From an uncultured cyanobacterium (GTDB lineage: Bacteria; Cyanobacteriota; Cyanobacteriia; Cyanobacteriales; Nostocaceae), in NCBI GenBank assembly GCA_963740315.1, contig CAVUDP010000001.1:32001-96000 (forward strand): a DNA stretch of 64,000 bases, written 5' to 3'. The translations under genes and the position numbers were made by a program. Shown here in pieces: positions 52,135 to 62,563 of this stretch (its first letter is position 1; the number at the start of each line of letters is the position of its first letter). The notes under the pieces were generated by a model. That model did no database searches and had not been told where the DNA came from. It saw nothing but the letters and a program-made list of their open reading frames with translations.

Positions 52135-54588
52135 ATGGGATGGACACCATTAAGACAACGTATTAATGAACTACCTTTAGTTCTTGCTGGGCCAATTTTA
52201 CGACGCACGGAACCCGATTCTGTAACTGTATGGGTGGCTTTAAAAGCAAGTCGTCAGGTTACTTTAACAATATTCGATAAAAATCATAGTTTCTTATTTG
52301 AAAGTACTAGAACTACGGCAAGAATTGGCATCAATTTACACGTTGTCGCGGTAACTGCAAAGGCTTCATCAAATATACTTATTAACGGTGAAAATTATCT
52401 CTACGATTTAGATTTTGGTAATGGTGAATTACTTAACAGTCCCGGTATATTAACTGCTGAGGGTTCGCTTAAAGATATTACTTATCCTCAATATACATTG
52501 CCTTCTTTCGCTTTACCTCCAAGCGATTTAAAAGATTTACGCATCATTCACGGTTCTTGTCGCAAACCCCACGGTGAAAGCTTAGATGCGCTTGCTGCCG
52601 TGGATAAAATGATAAAAGAAGCGTTAGAAAAAGAACCTAAAAAACGACCGCATCAACTGTTTTTAACTGGCGACCAAATCTATGCTGATGATGTCGCCGA
52701 TGTATTACTTTTTATGTTGATGGATGCTAGTGAAACGCTTTTGGGATGGTCGGAAAAATTACCTGATGTTGAAAATTTAGCAGAATTAAATCCGGGAAAA
52801 CGCAATAATTTAGCAACTAAAACTGCTGGTTTTACGGCAAGTATTGGTAAATTAAATAACATAACAAATCTTGCTAAAAGTCATTTATTTACCTTTGGCG
52901 AATATTTGGCGATGCATTTATTTGCTTGGAGTGATGTATTGTGGGTTGATGCTGAATCTTTTCCCGATTTTAACGATCTAAATTCCAATCATTGGGAAGT
53001 TAAAAGTGATGCCAGGAAAGCGGCAGAACAAGAAGTTGAACATATTAAAGAATTTTGGTCAACTCTCAAAAGTGTAAGACGTGCGATCGCCAATATTCCT
53101 ACTTATACGATCTTCGACGATCACGAAATCACCGACGATTGGTATTTAAATATGGCTTGGTGTTCCCGCATTCTCGATAAACCTTTGGGAAAGCGGATTT
53201 TGCAAAATGCTATGCTGGCTTGTGCGATTTGTCAGGCTTGGGGTAATACACCGGAACAGTTTGAAAAAGATACGAATGGTGAGGAATTACTCAAAGCTGC
53301 TGTTGGTTGGTCATTTAGTGGTGGTACAAATAAGATTTTCTCAGAACAAATTACTCAACGAATTGGTTTACCTAGCGTTGCAGATATTCAACGGAATTCG
53401 CAAAAATTACCTCATTCCGATGCAGCCTTAACTTGGCATTATACGGTTATCGGTCCCGGTTATGAAGTTATAGTACTCGACACGCGCACTTGGCGAGAAT
53501 TCCCCGGCAAAGATTTTGATTTTCCCGCACTTATTAGTAAGGAAGGTTACGACGAACAATTAACAAAACAAGTGCGTAAAGATGATATTAAAGTTAGTTT
53601 TATTATTTCTCCAGGTCCTTTTATCGGAGTACCTTATATAGAAAAACTGCAAAAAATCGCCAAAAAAGTTTACGAGAAAATTGGTAATGCGGCTTGGGGT
53701 TTTGATACTGAAGCTTGGGCATTAAATAAAACTGCATTTGAAAGAATGATTGCTAGATTAGCATTACGAGCATTACCTCATTCCAAAAGTCGTATAGTAT
53801 TTTTATCCGGCGATGTTCACTACGGTTTTGGTGCGCGTTTGCAATATAGTGCAACACATCCTTTTGAAAGTCCCGAACCCGTTAATTCGGAATTAGTAAT
53901 TGCTCAATTAACCAGCAGTTCGTTTAAGAATGAAGTCGGGGGGATGGGTGGCAGTCATTCCGCACACAGACAAGGTTTTATTCCTATTAGAGTAAATAGC
54001 GATTTACCAACAGCAGAAGTATTAGGATGGGATAAACCAGAAAAAGAAGGAATTATTGGTTATACGTATCTGCTCGTCGAAGATATATTTCAAGGCACCC
54101 CTTTGAAAATTCAAGGTATTCCTGGAACAATTGATTTAGTTAAAGAAAGAAATAGTTTTCGGAAATTAGAAATTACTAAAAAACCCGAATGGTGGTATCG
54201 AATTGATTTCCTCGCATCAAAAGACGAACAATTAGAGAAACCAAAAACACAAAACCAAGCAGCGACTTCTGTCATTGCTCCATTGCCCGGAGAAAACCGT
54301 AAACCAGCTTTAGAAAAATATCTATCAATGGCGAAAAACTACCGCGAATATCTGAGCAAGAAAGGACACGGTACAGAAATTGTCGGTTTAAATAACCTTG
54401 GTGAAATAACTTTTGAAATAGTAGATGATAAAGAAACGATCGTTCAAACTCTTTGGTGGCGATTGGAAAGTTGGGATGGCAAAATGTTAGAACCATTTCC
54501 CTTAACTCGCTGCGAAGTATCCTTAGAATTTGACGACAAACAACATCCCATCAATGATGTAATTAAAGAAATTAATGTAGAGACGTAG
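52135..54588 (+). CDS. PhoD-like metallophosphatase without signal peptide
   Basis: GPILRR, HGSCRKPH, LTGDQIYADD, FDDHEITDDW, VLDTR, LSGDVH. Confidence 0.85.
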   Translation: MGWTPLRQRINELPLVLAGPILRRTEPDSVTVWVALKASRQVTLTIFDKNHSFLFESTRTTARIGINLHVVAVTAKASSNILINGENYLYDLDFGNGELLNSPGILTAEGSLKDITYPQYTLPSFALPPSDLKDLRIIHGSCRKPHGESLDALAAVDKMIKEALEKEPKKRPHQLFLTGDQIYADDVADVLLFMLMDASETLLGWSEKLPDVENLAELNPGKRNNLATKTAGFTASIGKLNNITNLAKSHLFTFGEYLAMHLFAWSDVLWVDAESFPDFNDLNSNHWEVKSDARKAAEQEVEHIKEFWSTLKSVRRAIANIPTYTIFDDHEITDDWYLNMAWCSRILDKPLGKRILQNAMLACAICQAWGNTPEQFEKDTNGEELLKAAVGWSFSGGTNKIFSEQITQRIGLPSVADIQRNSQKLPHSDAALTWHYTVIGPGYEVIVLDTRTWREFPGKDFDFPALISKEGYDEQLTKQVRKDDIKVSFIISPGPFIGVPYIEKLQKIAKKVYEKIGNAAWGFDTEAWALNKTAFERMIARLALRALPHSKSRIVFLSGDVHYGFGARLQYSATHPFESPEPVNSELVIAQLTSSSFKNEVGGMGGSHSAHRQGFIPIRVNSDLPTAEVLGWDKPEKEGIIGYTYLLVEDIFQGTPLKIQGIPGTIDLVKERNSFRKLEITKKPEWWYRIDFLASKDEQLEKPKTQNQAATSVIAPLPGENRKPALEKYLSMAKNYREYLSKKGHGTEIVGLNNLGEITFEIVDDKETIVQTLWWRLESWDGKMLEPFPLTRCEVSLEFDDKQHPINDVIKEINVET

Positions 54589-54720
54589 CAGTGCTACGTC
54601 TCCCAATATTTTGATTTGTATTGAGAATTTGATGAAATAGTTTTAGCAATGAGGAGTTAGTATTTAGTTATTAGTTTTTATTGATTACTGCTCACTGCTC
54701 ACTGTTCACTGTTCACTGTT

Positions 54721-57717
54721 ATGGCAAGAGTTAGCTATGGCTTACAAGTACAAAAACGAGCGAAGCGTTTGCTGTCTGCAATTTTGGCTTATGCTAACGA
54801 TGAGTTCGATGTATGCAACGAAGCTATAGTTGATGCAATACGCCCCAATATTCAAATTCGCTGGCTAACTGAAAAACGCCTGGTAATCAGAACCAAAGTT
54901 CGGTTTTTGCAAGAATTAACGAGTTTGCAAGGTAATGAAACGACCTTAAAAGCCGAACAAATAAAAGAAGCATTAAAAAGATTTACTGATTTTCTAGAAA
55001 TCCTTGAAGATAATCGTACAACAAAAGGTGGCTCGGAAAATTGGCATTTTACCTTAAATCTTTGGTACCCTCGCTATGAAACGGAAGCGAATTTACAAAG
55101 ATTTGATGAAGAATGGGAGTTGAGGAAAGAAGACAAGGAGAAGGGGAGACAAGGGGACAAGGTGAATATTAATTTCTCCCCATCTCCCCCTTCGGGTTGC
55201 GCCACTTCTCTCAACGGAGGGAACCTCCGCACGTTTTGGGCTTACCATCTCCCCATCTCCCCATCTTCCCCCTCTCCCCTCTCTCCCCCCTCTCACAACT
55301 GGACGGAAATTTGTCATCAAGCTTTAGAAAATAATCACAGACGATTAACTACGAATCCTTTAACAACTGCGGATGGTGTGAGTTTTGCACTAGATGAAGT
55401 TTATGTGCCTTTGGGTTTGGTGAAACGCGATCGCCAAGAAAGACGCGATGGTGATGTTCATCCGGGTAAGGGTTCGCAGTTATACGAGTCGGATGATGGT
55501 GATGTTAGCGAAATGACGTTAGAGAAGTTTTTACAACAGTTGCAGTCAAAGGAAAGTAGCCGCATTGCAATTTTAGGTGAACCTGGTGCTGGTAAAACAA
55601 CACTGTTACAAAAGGTTGCTGCGTGGTTAGCCGATAATACGCAATTTTTAGTAATTTGGGTTTCTCTTGCCGATTTGCAGGGAAAGAGTTTAGAAGATTA
55701 TTTAATTGAGGATTGGTTGAAAGCAGCAACTCGCAAGCGAAGGATTTCACCTGAGATGGAAGATTCATTTTGCGAACAGTTTAACCAAGGGCGGGTATGG
55801 TTGCTGCTGGATGCTGTGGATGAAATGGCAATCGATTCTAGTTTAGCTTTAAGTAAAATTGCTGAATATTTGAAAGGCTGGGTAGCAGATGCGGCTGTTA
55901 TTATTACTTGTCGCTTAAACGTTTGGGATGCTGGAAAAAATGCTTTGTCGGATTTTGATACTTTCCGCAACCTTAATTTTACTTATGGTAATCCCAATTC
56001 TTCAGATTTGATGGGGAAATTTATCGGTTGTTGGTTTCAGAATAATCCAGAATTAGGGGAAAATTTACGAACGGAATTAGAGCAACCAGCACGTAGAAGA
56101 ATTCGCGATGCAGTCAAAAATCCTTTGCGATTAGCTTTGATGTGCCGTATTTGGGGATTAAGACGCGGTGGATTACCTAACACCAAAGCCATGCTCTACG
56201 AAAAATTTGTAGAAGCAATTTACGAATGGAAACAAGATAGATTCCCCACCACATCAACCCAAAGAAAGCAGCTCGCGCGAGCATTAGGAAAACTTGCATT
56301 AATGGCAATCGCCAACGAAAAAACTAAGTTTCGTCTCAGGCATCGTTTTGTATGTGAAGTATTGGGCGCACCCGATCAAGGTATGTTTCAATTGGCACTT
56401 CAAATAGGCTGGCTCAATCAAGTAGGAATATCAGAAACCCAAGGTGAAAAAGTATATGCCTTTTACCATCCCACCTTTCAAGAATATTTCGCAGCATTAG
56501 CAATTGACGACTGGCGATTTTTCTTAAATTCTTCCCCCTCTCCCCCCATCTTCAAATACCAATGGCGAGAAGTAATCCTACTATGGTTGGGTAGAGATGA
56601 TGTAACTCAAGAAAACAAAGAGGAATTTATTAAAACGTTAATCGAGTTTGAAGACGGTTGCGGTGGATTTTATACTTATCAAGCTTATTTTTTGGCAGCG
56701 GAAGGAATCGCAGAATTTGCAGATTGTAGTTTGTGCGATCGCATTTTAAAACAATTAATTAAATGGCGTTTCGGTTGTTTTCATTCCACACAAAAAAGAT
56801 GGTGGAGATATCCTTCACCAATTGCGGAAAGTGCGCGAGTTACCTTGTTAAAAACGGATCGTAATTGTGCTATTACTGCTTTAGAAGAGTTTATTGCATC
56901 AAATCAAAGCGATTTCGATACTTGGAATGCAGCTTATAGTTTAGGAAAAGTATTCGATCCCGGTAATAAAATAGCTATTTCAACTTTAGAAAAAATCATC
57001 GCATCTTTCTTCCATGAAGAATTTCGTTTGCAGGCAGCAGATAGTTTAGGGAAAATTGAACCGGGAAACTCGATCGCAATAACGGCTTTAATAGAAATAA
57101 TTCAATCGACTAAAAAAGATTCTATTCGCAGAAAAGCCGCATTTAGCCTGAGTAAATGCCAACCTGAAAATCAAATTGCTATTTCAACTTTAGAAAAGAT
57201 CGTAACTTCATCAACAAATAAACTGCAAAAGCAATATGCAGCAGAAAATTTATTAACTATTTCTCCAGAAAATAAAATAGCTCTTGTCAATGCATCGAAC
57301 AATAAGAAGAAAGACGATAAACCCGCACGACGAAAATCTGCAAAAAAATCCATAAATAACGATAAAGCGATCGCGGCTTTAATTGAAGGAATTGAATCTG
57401 CAAAAAATGACGATAGTAAAAGACGTAGGGCTTCTAGTTTAGGAAAATTAGAACCACACAATCAACTTGCTTTTGATACTTTAGTAAATCTGGTTAAGTC
57501 AGCGAAGGATTCGGTGAGGAAAAATGCCGCAGAAGATTTAAAAAAGATTATTGATAACGAACATATACCGAAATTGATTGCATCCTTGAAAGATTGTTTT
57601 ATTGAAGAGGTTAATGATGTCAATTTAGAAGATCGGCACTGTTATAAACTATTGTGGTATTGTGCGGAGAAGATGAATTATGGAGATTTTTATCAAGCTT
57701 GGAATGGGGAAGGGTAA
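54721..57717 (+). CDS. NACHT-family STAND NTPase with C-terminal HEAT repeats
   Basis: VYVPLGL, GEPGAGKTT, LLLDAVDE, ITCR, NPLRL, FYHPTFQEYFAA, WREVILLW, then repeated AA.SLGK..P.N.IAI..L. Confidence 0.9.
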   Translation: MARVSYGLQVQKRAKRLLSAILAYANDEFDVCNEAIVDAIRPNIQIRWLTEKRLVIRTKVRFLQELTSLQGNETTLKAEQIKEALKRFTDFLEILEDNRTTKGGSENWHFTLNLWYPRYETEANLQRFDEEWELRKEDKEKGRQGDKVNINFSPSPPSGCATSLNGGNLRTFWAYHLPISPSSPSPLSPPSHNWTEICHQALENNHRRLTTNPLTTADGVSFALDEVYVPLGLVKRDRQERRDGDVHPGKGSQLYESDDGDVSEMTLEKFLQQLQSKESSRIAILGEPGAGKTTLLQKVAAWLADNTQFLVIWVSLADLQGKSLEDYLIEDWLKAATRKRRISPEMEDSFCEQFNQGRVWLLLDAVDEMAIDSSLALSKIAEYLKGWVADAAVIITCRLNVWDAGKNALSDFDTFRNLNFTYGNPNSSDLMGKFIGCWFQNNPELGENLRTELEQPARRRIRDAVKNPLRLALMCRIWGLRRGGLPNTKAMLYEKFVEAIYEWKQDRFPTTSTQRKQLARALGKLALMAIANEKTKFRLRHRFVCEVLGAPDQGMFQLALQIGWLNQVGISETQGEKVYAFYHPTFQEYFAALAIDDWRFFLNSSPSPPIFKYQWREVILLWLGRDDVTQENKEEFIKTLIEFEDGCGGFYTYQAYFLAAEGIAEFADCSLCDRILKQLIKWRFGCFHSTQKRWWRYPSPIAESARVTLLKTDRNCAITALEEFIASNQSDFDTWNAAYSLGKVFDPGNKIAISTLEKIIASFFHEEFRLQAADSLGKIEPGNSIAITALIEIIQSTKKDSIRRKAAFSLSKCQPENQIAISTLEKIVTSSTNKLQKQYAAENLLTISPENKIALVNASNNKKKDDKPARRKSAKKSINNDKAIAALIEGIESAKNDDSKRRRASSLGKLEPHNQLAFDTLVNLVKSAKDSVRKNAAEDLKKIIDNEHIPKLIASLKDCFIEEVNDVNLEDRHCYKLLWYCAEKMNYGDFYQAWNGEG

Positions 57718-57746
57718 ATAGTGAGAATTTTAGGTTTTACCAAATA

Positions 57747-58082
57747 TCAATTAACTGCATATTCCACATACTTCCTAAGTTCAGGAGGATGAAAGCCAGG
57801 AACAATATCATCTTTAGGAACTCCAGCTTTTACTAAATCATTACCTATCCCATCTTCGGTTCCATCGCGTTGAATCCAAATTTTATCATCTAGAATATCT
57901 ATGTGAACCAAGCAACCATGTACCCTTGCACCATTTTCCCAACCCATCGTCATCAGCACAAAACTATTAAAATCTTGGCTAATAATTAGCTTATACTCTA
58001 ACTCTCCGTAAGAATAAGGAATTGCAGCGTATTCAGTCAATATTTTTTCAATTATTTGACGATACTTTATTAATTTATCCAT
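57747..58082 (-). CDS. xisI: XisI-family protein
   Basis: MDKL.KYRQII, GWEN..RVHGCLVHIDI, KIWIQRDGTEDGI, GVPK.DIV.GF.PP. Confidence 0.92.
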   Translation of the reverse strand: MDKLIKYRQIIEKILTEYAAIPYSYGELEYKLIISQDFNSFVLMTMGWENGARVHGCLVHIDILDDKIWIQRDGTEDGIGNDLVKAGVPKDDIVPGFHPPELRKYVEYAVN

Positions 58083-58487
58083 TGAACAATAATCTCCTTT
58101 TCTGAATCAAATACAAGCAATCGTAGAGAATTTTTTTGCACAACAAGATTACCAATTGGTTCGGAAAAAATTTCACGATATGTTGCTTGACGAATTCCTA
58201 AATATATTTGCCGCGAAGGTTCAGTTTCTTCTAAAATATTTCGATAAAGAATATATTGTCCAACATCGTTCTTCTAAATCCCTTACAGGTGAAATTTTCA
58301 CAAAACTTTTAATTTCAACCGCTATCTTTTGCTCACCTTTTTCGGCTGCAAGAAGTTTACTTGCTCCCAAATCAACAAATAGTTCTCTTAATCCCCATTT
58401 TAGCTTTAAAGGGTCATCAGTAATTACCCAGCCTTCTTTTTCAAGAACATTTATCACCGTATCATGATAGATATCTTTGGCAGGCAT
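58070..58487 (-). pseudogene. xisH: XisH-family protein with a 1-nt insertion near 58268-58272
   Basis: MPAKDIYH..L.KEGW.ITDDP, IAVEIKSF. After the shift the frame reads VGQYILYRNILEETEPSRQIYLGI...IVQWIN*. Span is 418 nt (3n+1). Confidence 0.88.
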
Positions 58488-58661
58488 TTAAGAGACTCCT
58501 TTATTGGGTTATGCTATTGCTCTACCTAAACTAATATCTAATATAGTATCCAATCTAAAATATTATGTAATTTTTTGTTCGTAGTAAGTGCTTTAGCACT
58601 AAATATAAAGAACTAAAGTTCTTACTACGAACCTAAATAGAATTACTTTACTTATTTCTTG

Positions 58662-58931
58662 TTAAAAAGCCTGCACCCACTCTTTGACAAAATATTCAGT
58701 CCAAATGCCATTTTTCCAATAAGGATCGTTTTCTACCAACTTCCGCACCGTCGCTTCATCTGCTGCTTCGTAAATACCAAAAACTTGAGTAGTATCCTTT
58801 GTCGGACCGATTGTCACTAAAATACCATCTTCCTTCTGCTTCTTTAATCCATCTAAATGTTCTTGACGATAAGGCGCACGCTTTTCTAAAACGTTTTCGC
58901 AGTAGCTGCCCCACATTATGTATTTACTCAT
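58662..58931 (-). CDS. YciI-family protein
   Basis: KRAPYRQEHL, IGPT, ENDPYWKNGIW. Confidence 0.85.
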   Translation of the reverse strand: MSKYIMWGSYCENVLEKRAPYRQEHLDGLKKQKEDGILVTIGPTKDTTQVFGIYEAADEATVRKLVENDPYWKNGIWTEYFVKEWVQAF

Positions 58932-59067
58932 GATTTACCAATGAACAATTATCAATTATTTTACTTTCTTTCCGTTATTAGAATTACCTATTTGAGGGAG
59001 TAGGGAATAGGGAGTAGGGAGTAGAAACAGTGATAATTAAAAACTCCTAACTCCTAACTCCTAATTC

Positions 59068-61503
59068 CTAACTTCTCAAACTTACTCCAAATTTCTCAAT
59101 TAAAGTATCTCGAACTTTTTGATGTACTGGTTCAACATCTGCATCGGTAAGAGTGCGATCGCTAGAACGATAAATTAAGCGAAATGCTAAACTTCTTTGC
59201 CCTTCGGGTACGTTTTCGCCGCGATATTCATCAAATAATTCGACGGAATCTAATAAGTTTTTACCGGAAGCGGCGATCGCTTTTTCAATTTCGGCGACTG
59301 TTAAATTAATGGGTGCGAAAAAGGCGATATCTCGATCGGATGGCGGATAGGTAGAATAGGATTTGAATTTAGGTGTCAATACATCGTCGCTTTCCATTGC
59401 ATCTAAAAGTACTTCTAAACTCAGTTGAAATACATAAACGTCATCTGGTAAGTCTTTTTGACTGCGAAGTTGCGGATGCACTTGTCCAAATACGCCTAAT
59501 CTGTTTCCTCCCACCCAAAGTGAAGCGGTACGCCCTGGATGCAGGCGATCGTCGCGTCTATCTGGCTGATATTCTACCTGCAATCCCATGACTTTAAAGA
59601 CGCTTTCTAAAATACCTTTGGCTTCAAACCAAGTTATGGATTGCCCACTACCACCGCTTATCCATTTACTGTTCCGAATATCGCCCCCGATAATCCCCCC
59701 TACCATATCAGCTTCTTGAAAACCGTCTTCTTCTTCCCAGAAAATTCGCCCAATTTCAAAGCCGTTGAGCGCACCGTTTCCTTGTTCGATGTTGTATTGA
59801 AATGCATCAATTAATCCGGCGATCAAATCGGTTCGCAATGCTGAATATTCTGTAAATAATGGGTTGCTCAACACTACCTGTCTGTCTTCTCCGGGTTTCA
59901 CCAAGGAGTAATGCATTAATTCCGTTAACCCGGTAGCGCGGAATGCACTTCTTAATTTGCGAATTAATTCTTGATCTACAGGTAAATAACCAACTTCCGG
60001 CTTTTCTGGTAAAGTGTCGCAAAGGCGATCGTAACCGTATAAACGAGCGATTTCTTCGATCAAATCGATTTCTCGTTCTAAGTCGCGGTAGCGATATGCG
60101 GGTACGGAAACCATCCAAGTTCCATCACCTGAAACAACTAACCGACATCCCAAAGCGGTTAAAATCCGCTCTACATCTTGGCTTTTAATTTCTCCGGTTT
60201 CCTCTTCTCCCAAGTCTACAGGTCCAAGTATCTGATTAACTCGATCTAAACGCAATTCAATCGAACGAGTCCATGTAGAAGGATCTGCACGGGTATCGGA
60301 AATTTCTTGAGTAACTAAGGTACCACCAGCAATTTCTACTATCAACGATAAAGCCCGACGACAGGCAATTTCTAACTCGGCTTGATTGACTCCTCGTTCG
60401 TATCTGGTAGAAGATTCGCTTCTCAAACCAACGTTGCGAGATGAACGACGAATGGCTACCGTATCAAACAGCGCTGCTTCTAAAACCAAATTTTCGGTTC
60501 CGTTGTGGACTTCGCTTTCTTCCCCACCCATAACTCCCGCTAAAGCCACGGGTTTATTATTAACGGTAATCAATAAATTTTGAGTTGATAATTTACGGGT
60601 TTTACCATCGAGGGTTTTGAGAGTTTCACCATTGCTAGCAAACCGAACTCCAATGCTGATATTCTCAGAACCTGCGATCGCTTGCAGTCGCGTGCGGTCA
60701 AATGCGTGTAATGGTTGTCCCCATTCCAACATTACATAGTTAGTAATATCAACTATATTGCTAATCGGTCGAACTCCCGCAGCTAATAACCGTTGCTGCA
60801 ACCAGTCGGGAGAAGGAGCGATTTTAACTTGTGCGATCGCCGTTCCAATATATGTCGGACAAGCTTTAGTATCATCAATTTTGATACTTAATCCCGCACC
60901 TTGAGGAACCGAGACTTCTTCTGGCTGGAGAATTTTCAGTTCTCCCCCGGTGATTGCCGCAACTTCTCGCGCTATACCTACCATACACAAAGCATCGGCG
61001 CGATTTGCCGTAGCGGTTACATCTAAAATTACATCGTCCAAACCCAATAGCGGACGTACATCTGAGCCTATTTTGATATTTTCCCCAGAAAAAATATGAA
61101 TTCCGTCTACATCGGTAGGTAAACCCAATTCTTCCAAAGAACAAATCATCCCTTGGGAAGGTACCCCGCGCAGTTTGGCGGGTTTAATCTTCAAATCTTT
61201 GTTTGGTAAGTAAGTTCCTATCGTAGCAACTGGCACATATATGTCTGCACGAACGTTAGCAGCACCGCAGACAATATTTAAATTTTCGCCATTTCCCACG
61301 TCAACTTGACAAATGCTTAATTTGTCAGCATTTGGGTGCTGTTCGCGTGCGACAACTCTCCCTATTACAACCCCCGAAGCCCAAGTGCGACGGTCTTCAA
61401 TATCTTCAACTTCAAACCCCGCCATTGTCAGTGTTTCTGCTAGGGCTTCGGGGCTTAATTGTAACTCTACAAGTTCCTGTAACCAATTTAAAGAAATACG
61501 CAT
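59068..61503 (-). CDS. pheT: Phenylalanine-tRNA ligase beta subunit
   Basis: [50 protein letters not shown]-terminal FDX-ACB domain. Confidence 0.97.
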   Translation of the reverse strand: MRISLNWLQELVELQLSPEALAETLTMAGFEVEDIEDRRTWASGVVIGRVVAREQHPNADKLSICQVDVGNGENLNIVCGAANVRADIYVPVATIGTYLPNKDLKIKPAKLRGVPSQGMICSLEELGLPTDVDGIHIFSGENIKIGSDVRPLLGLDDVILDVTATANRADALCMVGIAREVAAITGGELKILQPEEVSVPQGAGLSIKIDDTKACPTYIGTAIAQVKIAPSPDWLQQRLLAAGVRPISNIVDITNYVMLEWGQPLHAFDRTRLQAIAGSENISIGVRFASNGETLKTLDGKTRKLSTQNLLITVNNKPVALAGVMGGEESEVHNGTENLVLEAALFDTVAIRRSSRNVGLRSESSTRYERGVNQAELEIACRRALSLIVEIAGGTLVTQEISDTRADPSTWTRSIELRLDRVNQILGPVDLGEEETGEIKSQDVERILTALGCRLVVSGDGTWMVSVPAYRYRDLEREIDLIEEIARLYGYDRLCDTLPEKPEVGYLPVDQELIRKLRSAFRATGLTELMHYSLVKPGEDRQVVLSNPLFTEYSALRTDLIAGLIDAFQYNIEQGNGALNGFEIGRIFWEEEDGFQEADMVGGIIGGDIRNSKWISGGSGQSITWFEAKGILESVFKVMGLQVEYQPDRRDDRLHPGRTASLWVGGNRLGVFGQVHPQLRSQKDLPDDVYVFQLSLEVLLDAMESDDVLTPKFKSYSTYPPSDRDIAFFAPINLTVAEIEKAIAASGKNLLDSVELFDEYRGENVPEGQRSLAFRLIYRSSDRTLTDADVEPVHQKVRDTLIEKFGVSLRS

Positions 61504-61777
61504 GGAATATATTAGATTATGCGATGATTATGCGATTAAAATAACGATTGAATTAACACGCAAAAACTATTTTAAATGGGAATGGAGCATTGGCAATGGG
61601 AAATCAGGCGTAGGGCATTAGACATTATAATTTAAGCCAGCACAAAAGTACCTTAATCACTCAGGATGAATGTAATTTTTAAGACACAATGTCCTATAAC
61701 CGATCGACTAAAATTATTGATATATTTTTATATATTTACCGCTCAATTCTATAATCTTTCCCTACTCCCTATTCCCT

Positions 61778-61903
61778 AAGTAGGTAGGTACAAATAAATA
61801 TAATATGCTCTGTCATTGCGAGGAGGAACGACGAAGCAATCGCAATGACTAGGATTGCTTCGTTCCTCGCAATGACATCTTACATTTAATTACGCCAACC
61901 TAC
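61778..61903. mobile_element. MITE-like element with internal TGTCATTGCGAG...CTCGCAATGACA palindrome
   Basis: Perfect inner arms at 61811-61877; degenerate outer arms gtaggtaggtacaaataaatataa / tacatttaattacgccaacctac. Confidence 0.65.
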
Positions 61904-62090
61904 CTATCTAAACGAAATGAGATCAAAGAAACCCAGCTTTACGACTCTTAAAATTCATAAAAGTCATAAAAGTAAGCAATTAAAAAATCGTAAATATAAA
62001 AATTAAGCGTTAAACTTTGTTAACGCATTCAAAAAGTAATGTTGAATTTTAGGTAAATATACTGTAAAATAAGATTAGCAAATTAAATAA

Positions 62091-62453
62091 TTAAATAATA
62101 ATTGATTTAACAGCACTAATTAATTGCTGTTTGCTAAAAGGTTTTGTCAGATACACATCTGCTCCTTGTCTCATTCCCCAAATACGGTCAATATCTTTAT
62201 TTTTGGAACTACAAAAAATAATCGGTATCTTTTGTGTATCTAAATCCCGTTTTAGTTTACGACAAAATTCAAAACCGCTCATTCCCGGCATTACTACATC
62301 TGTAATAATTGCTGAAGGCTGATGCAGTCGTGCTTTTTCTAATCCATCTTTAGCATTGGTTGCTTGAAGCACCACATAACCGCCATCAGTCAAAAAAACG
62401 TTCATTAACTCTAACTGAGAAGGAGTATCTTCGACAACCAAAATTGTAGTCAT
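62091..62453 (-). CDS. CheY-like single-domain response regulator (PilH/PixH-like)
   Basis: LVVED, ITDVVMPGMSGFEFCR, SSK, WGMRQGAD.YLTKP. Confidence 0.9.
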   Translation of the reverse strand: MTTILVVEDTPSQLELMNVFLTDGGYVVLQATNAKDGLEKARLHQPSAIITDVVMPGMSGFEFCRKLKRDLDTQKIPIIFCSSKNKDIDRIWGMRQGADVYLTKPFSKQQLISAVKSIII

Positions 62454-62563
62454 GTTTCCTCACTATCCAAATTTAATAGTAATTTGCTCGAATCAAACCG
62501 CACAAAGACGAACAATTTACAGATGATATTTTAGAAATTTATAACTGATATTGCTCTAAGTAA

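Noticed and set aside
57747..58487. fdxN excision element
   Set aside because: No XisF-type serine recombinase and no interrupted fdxN/nif gene in the window; xisHI pairs are often dispersed.
59068..61503. pheT without adjacent pheS
   Set aside because: Separation of pheS and pheT is ordinary in cyanobacteria.
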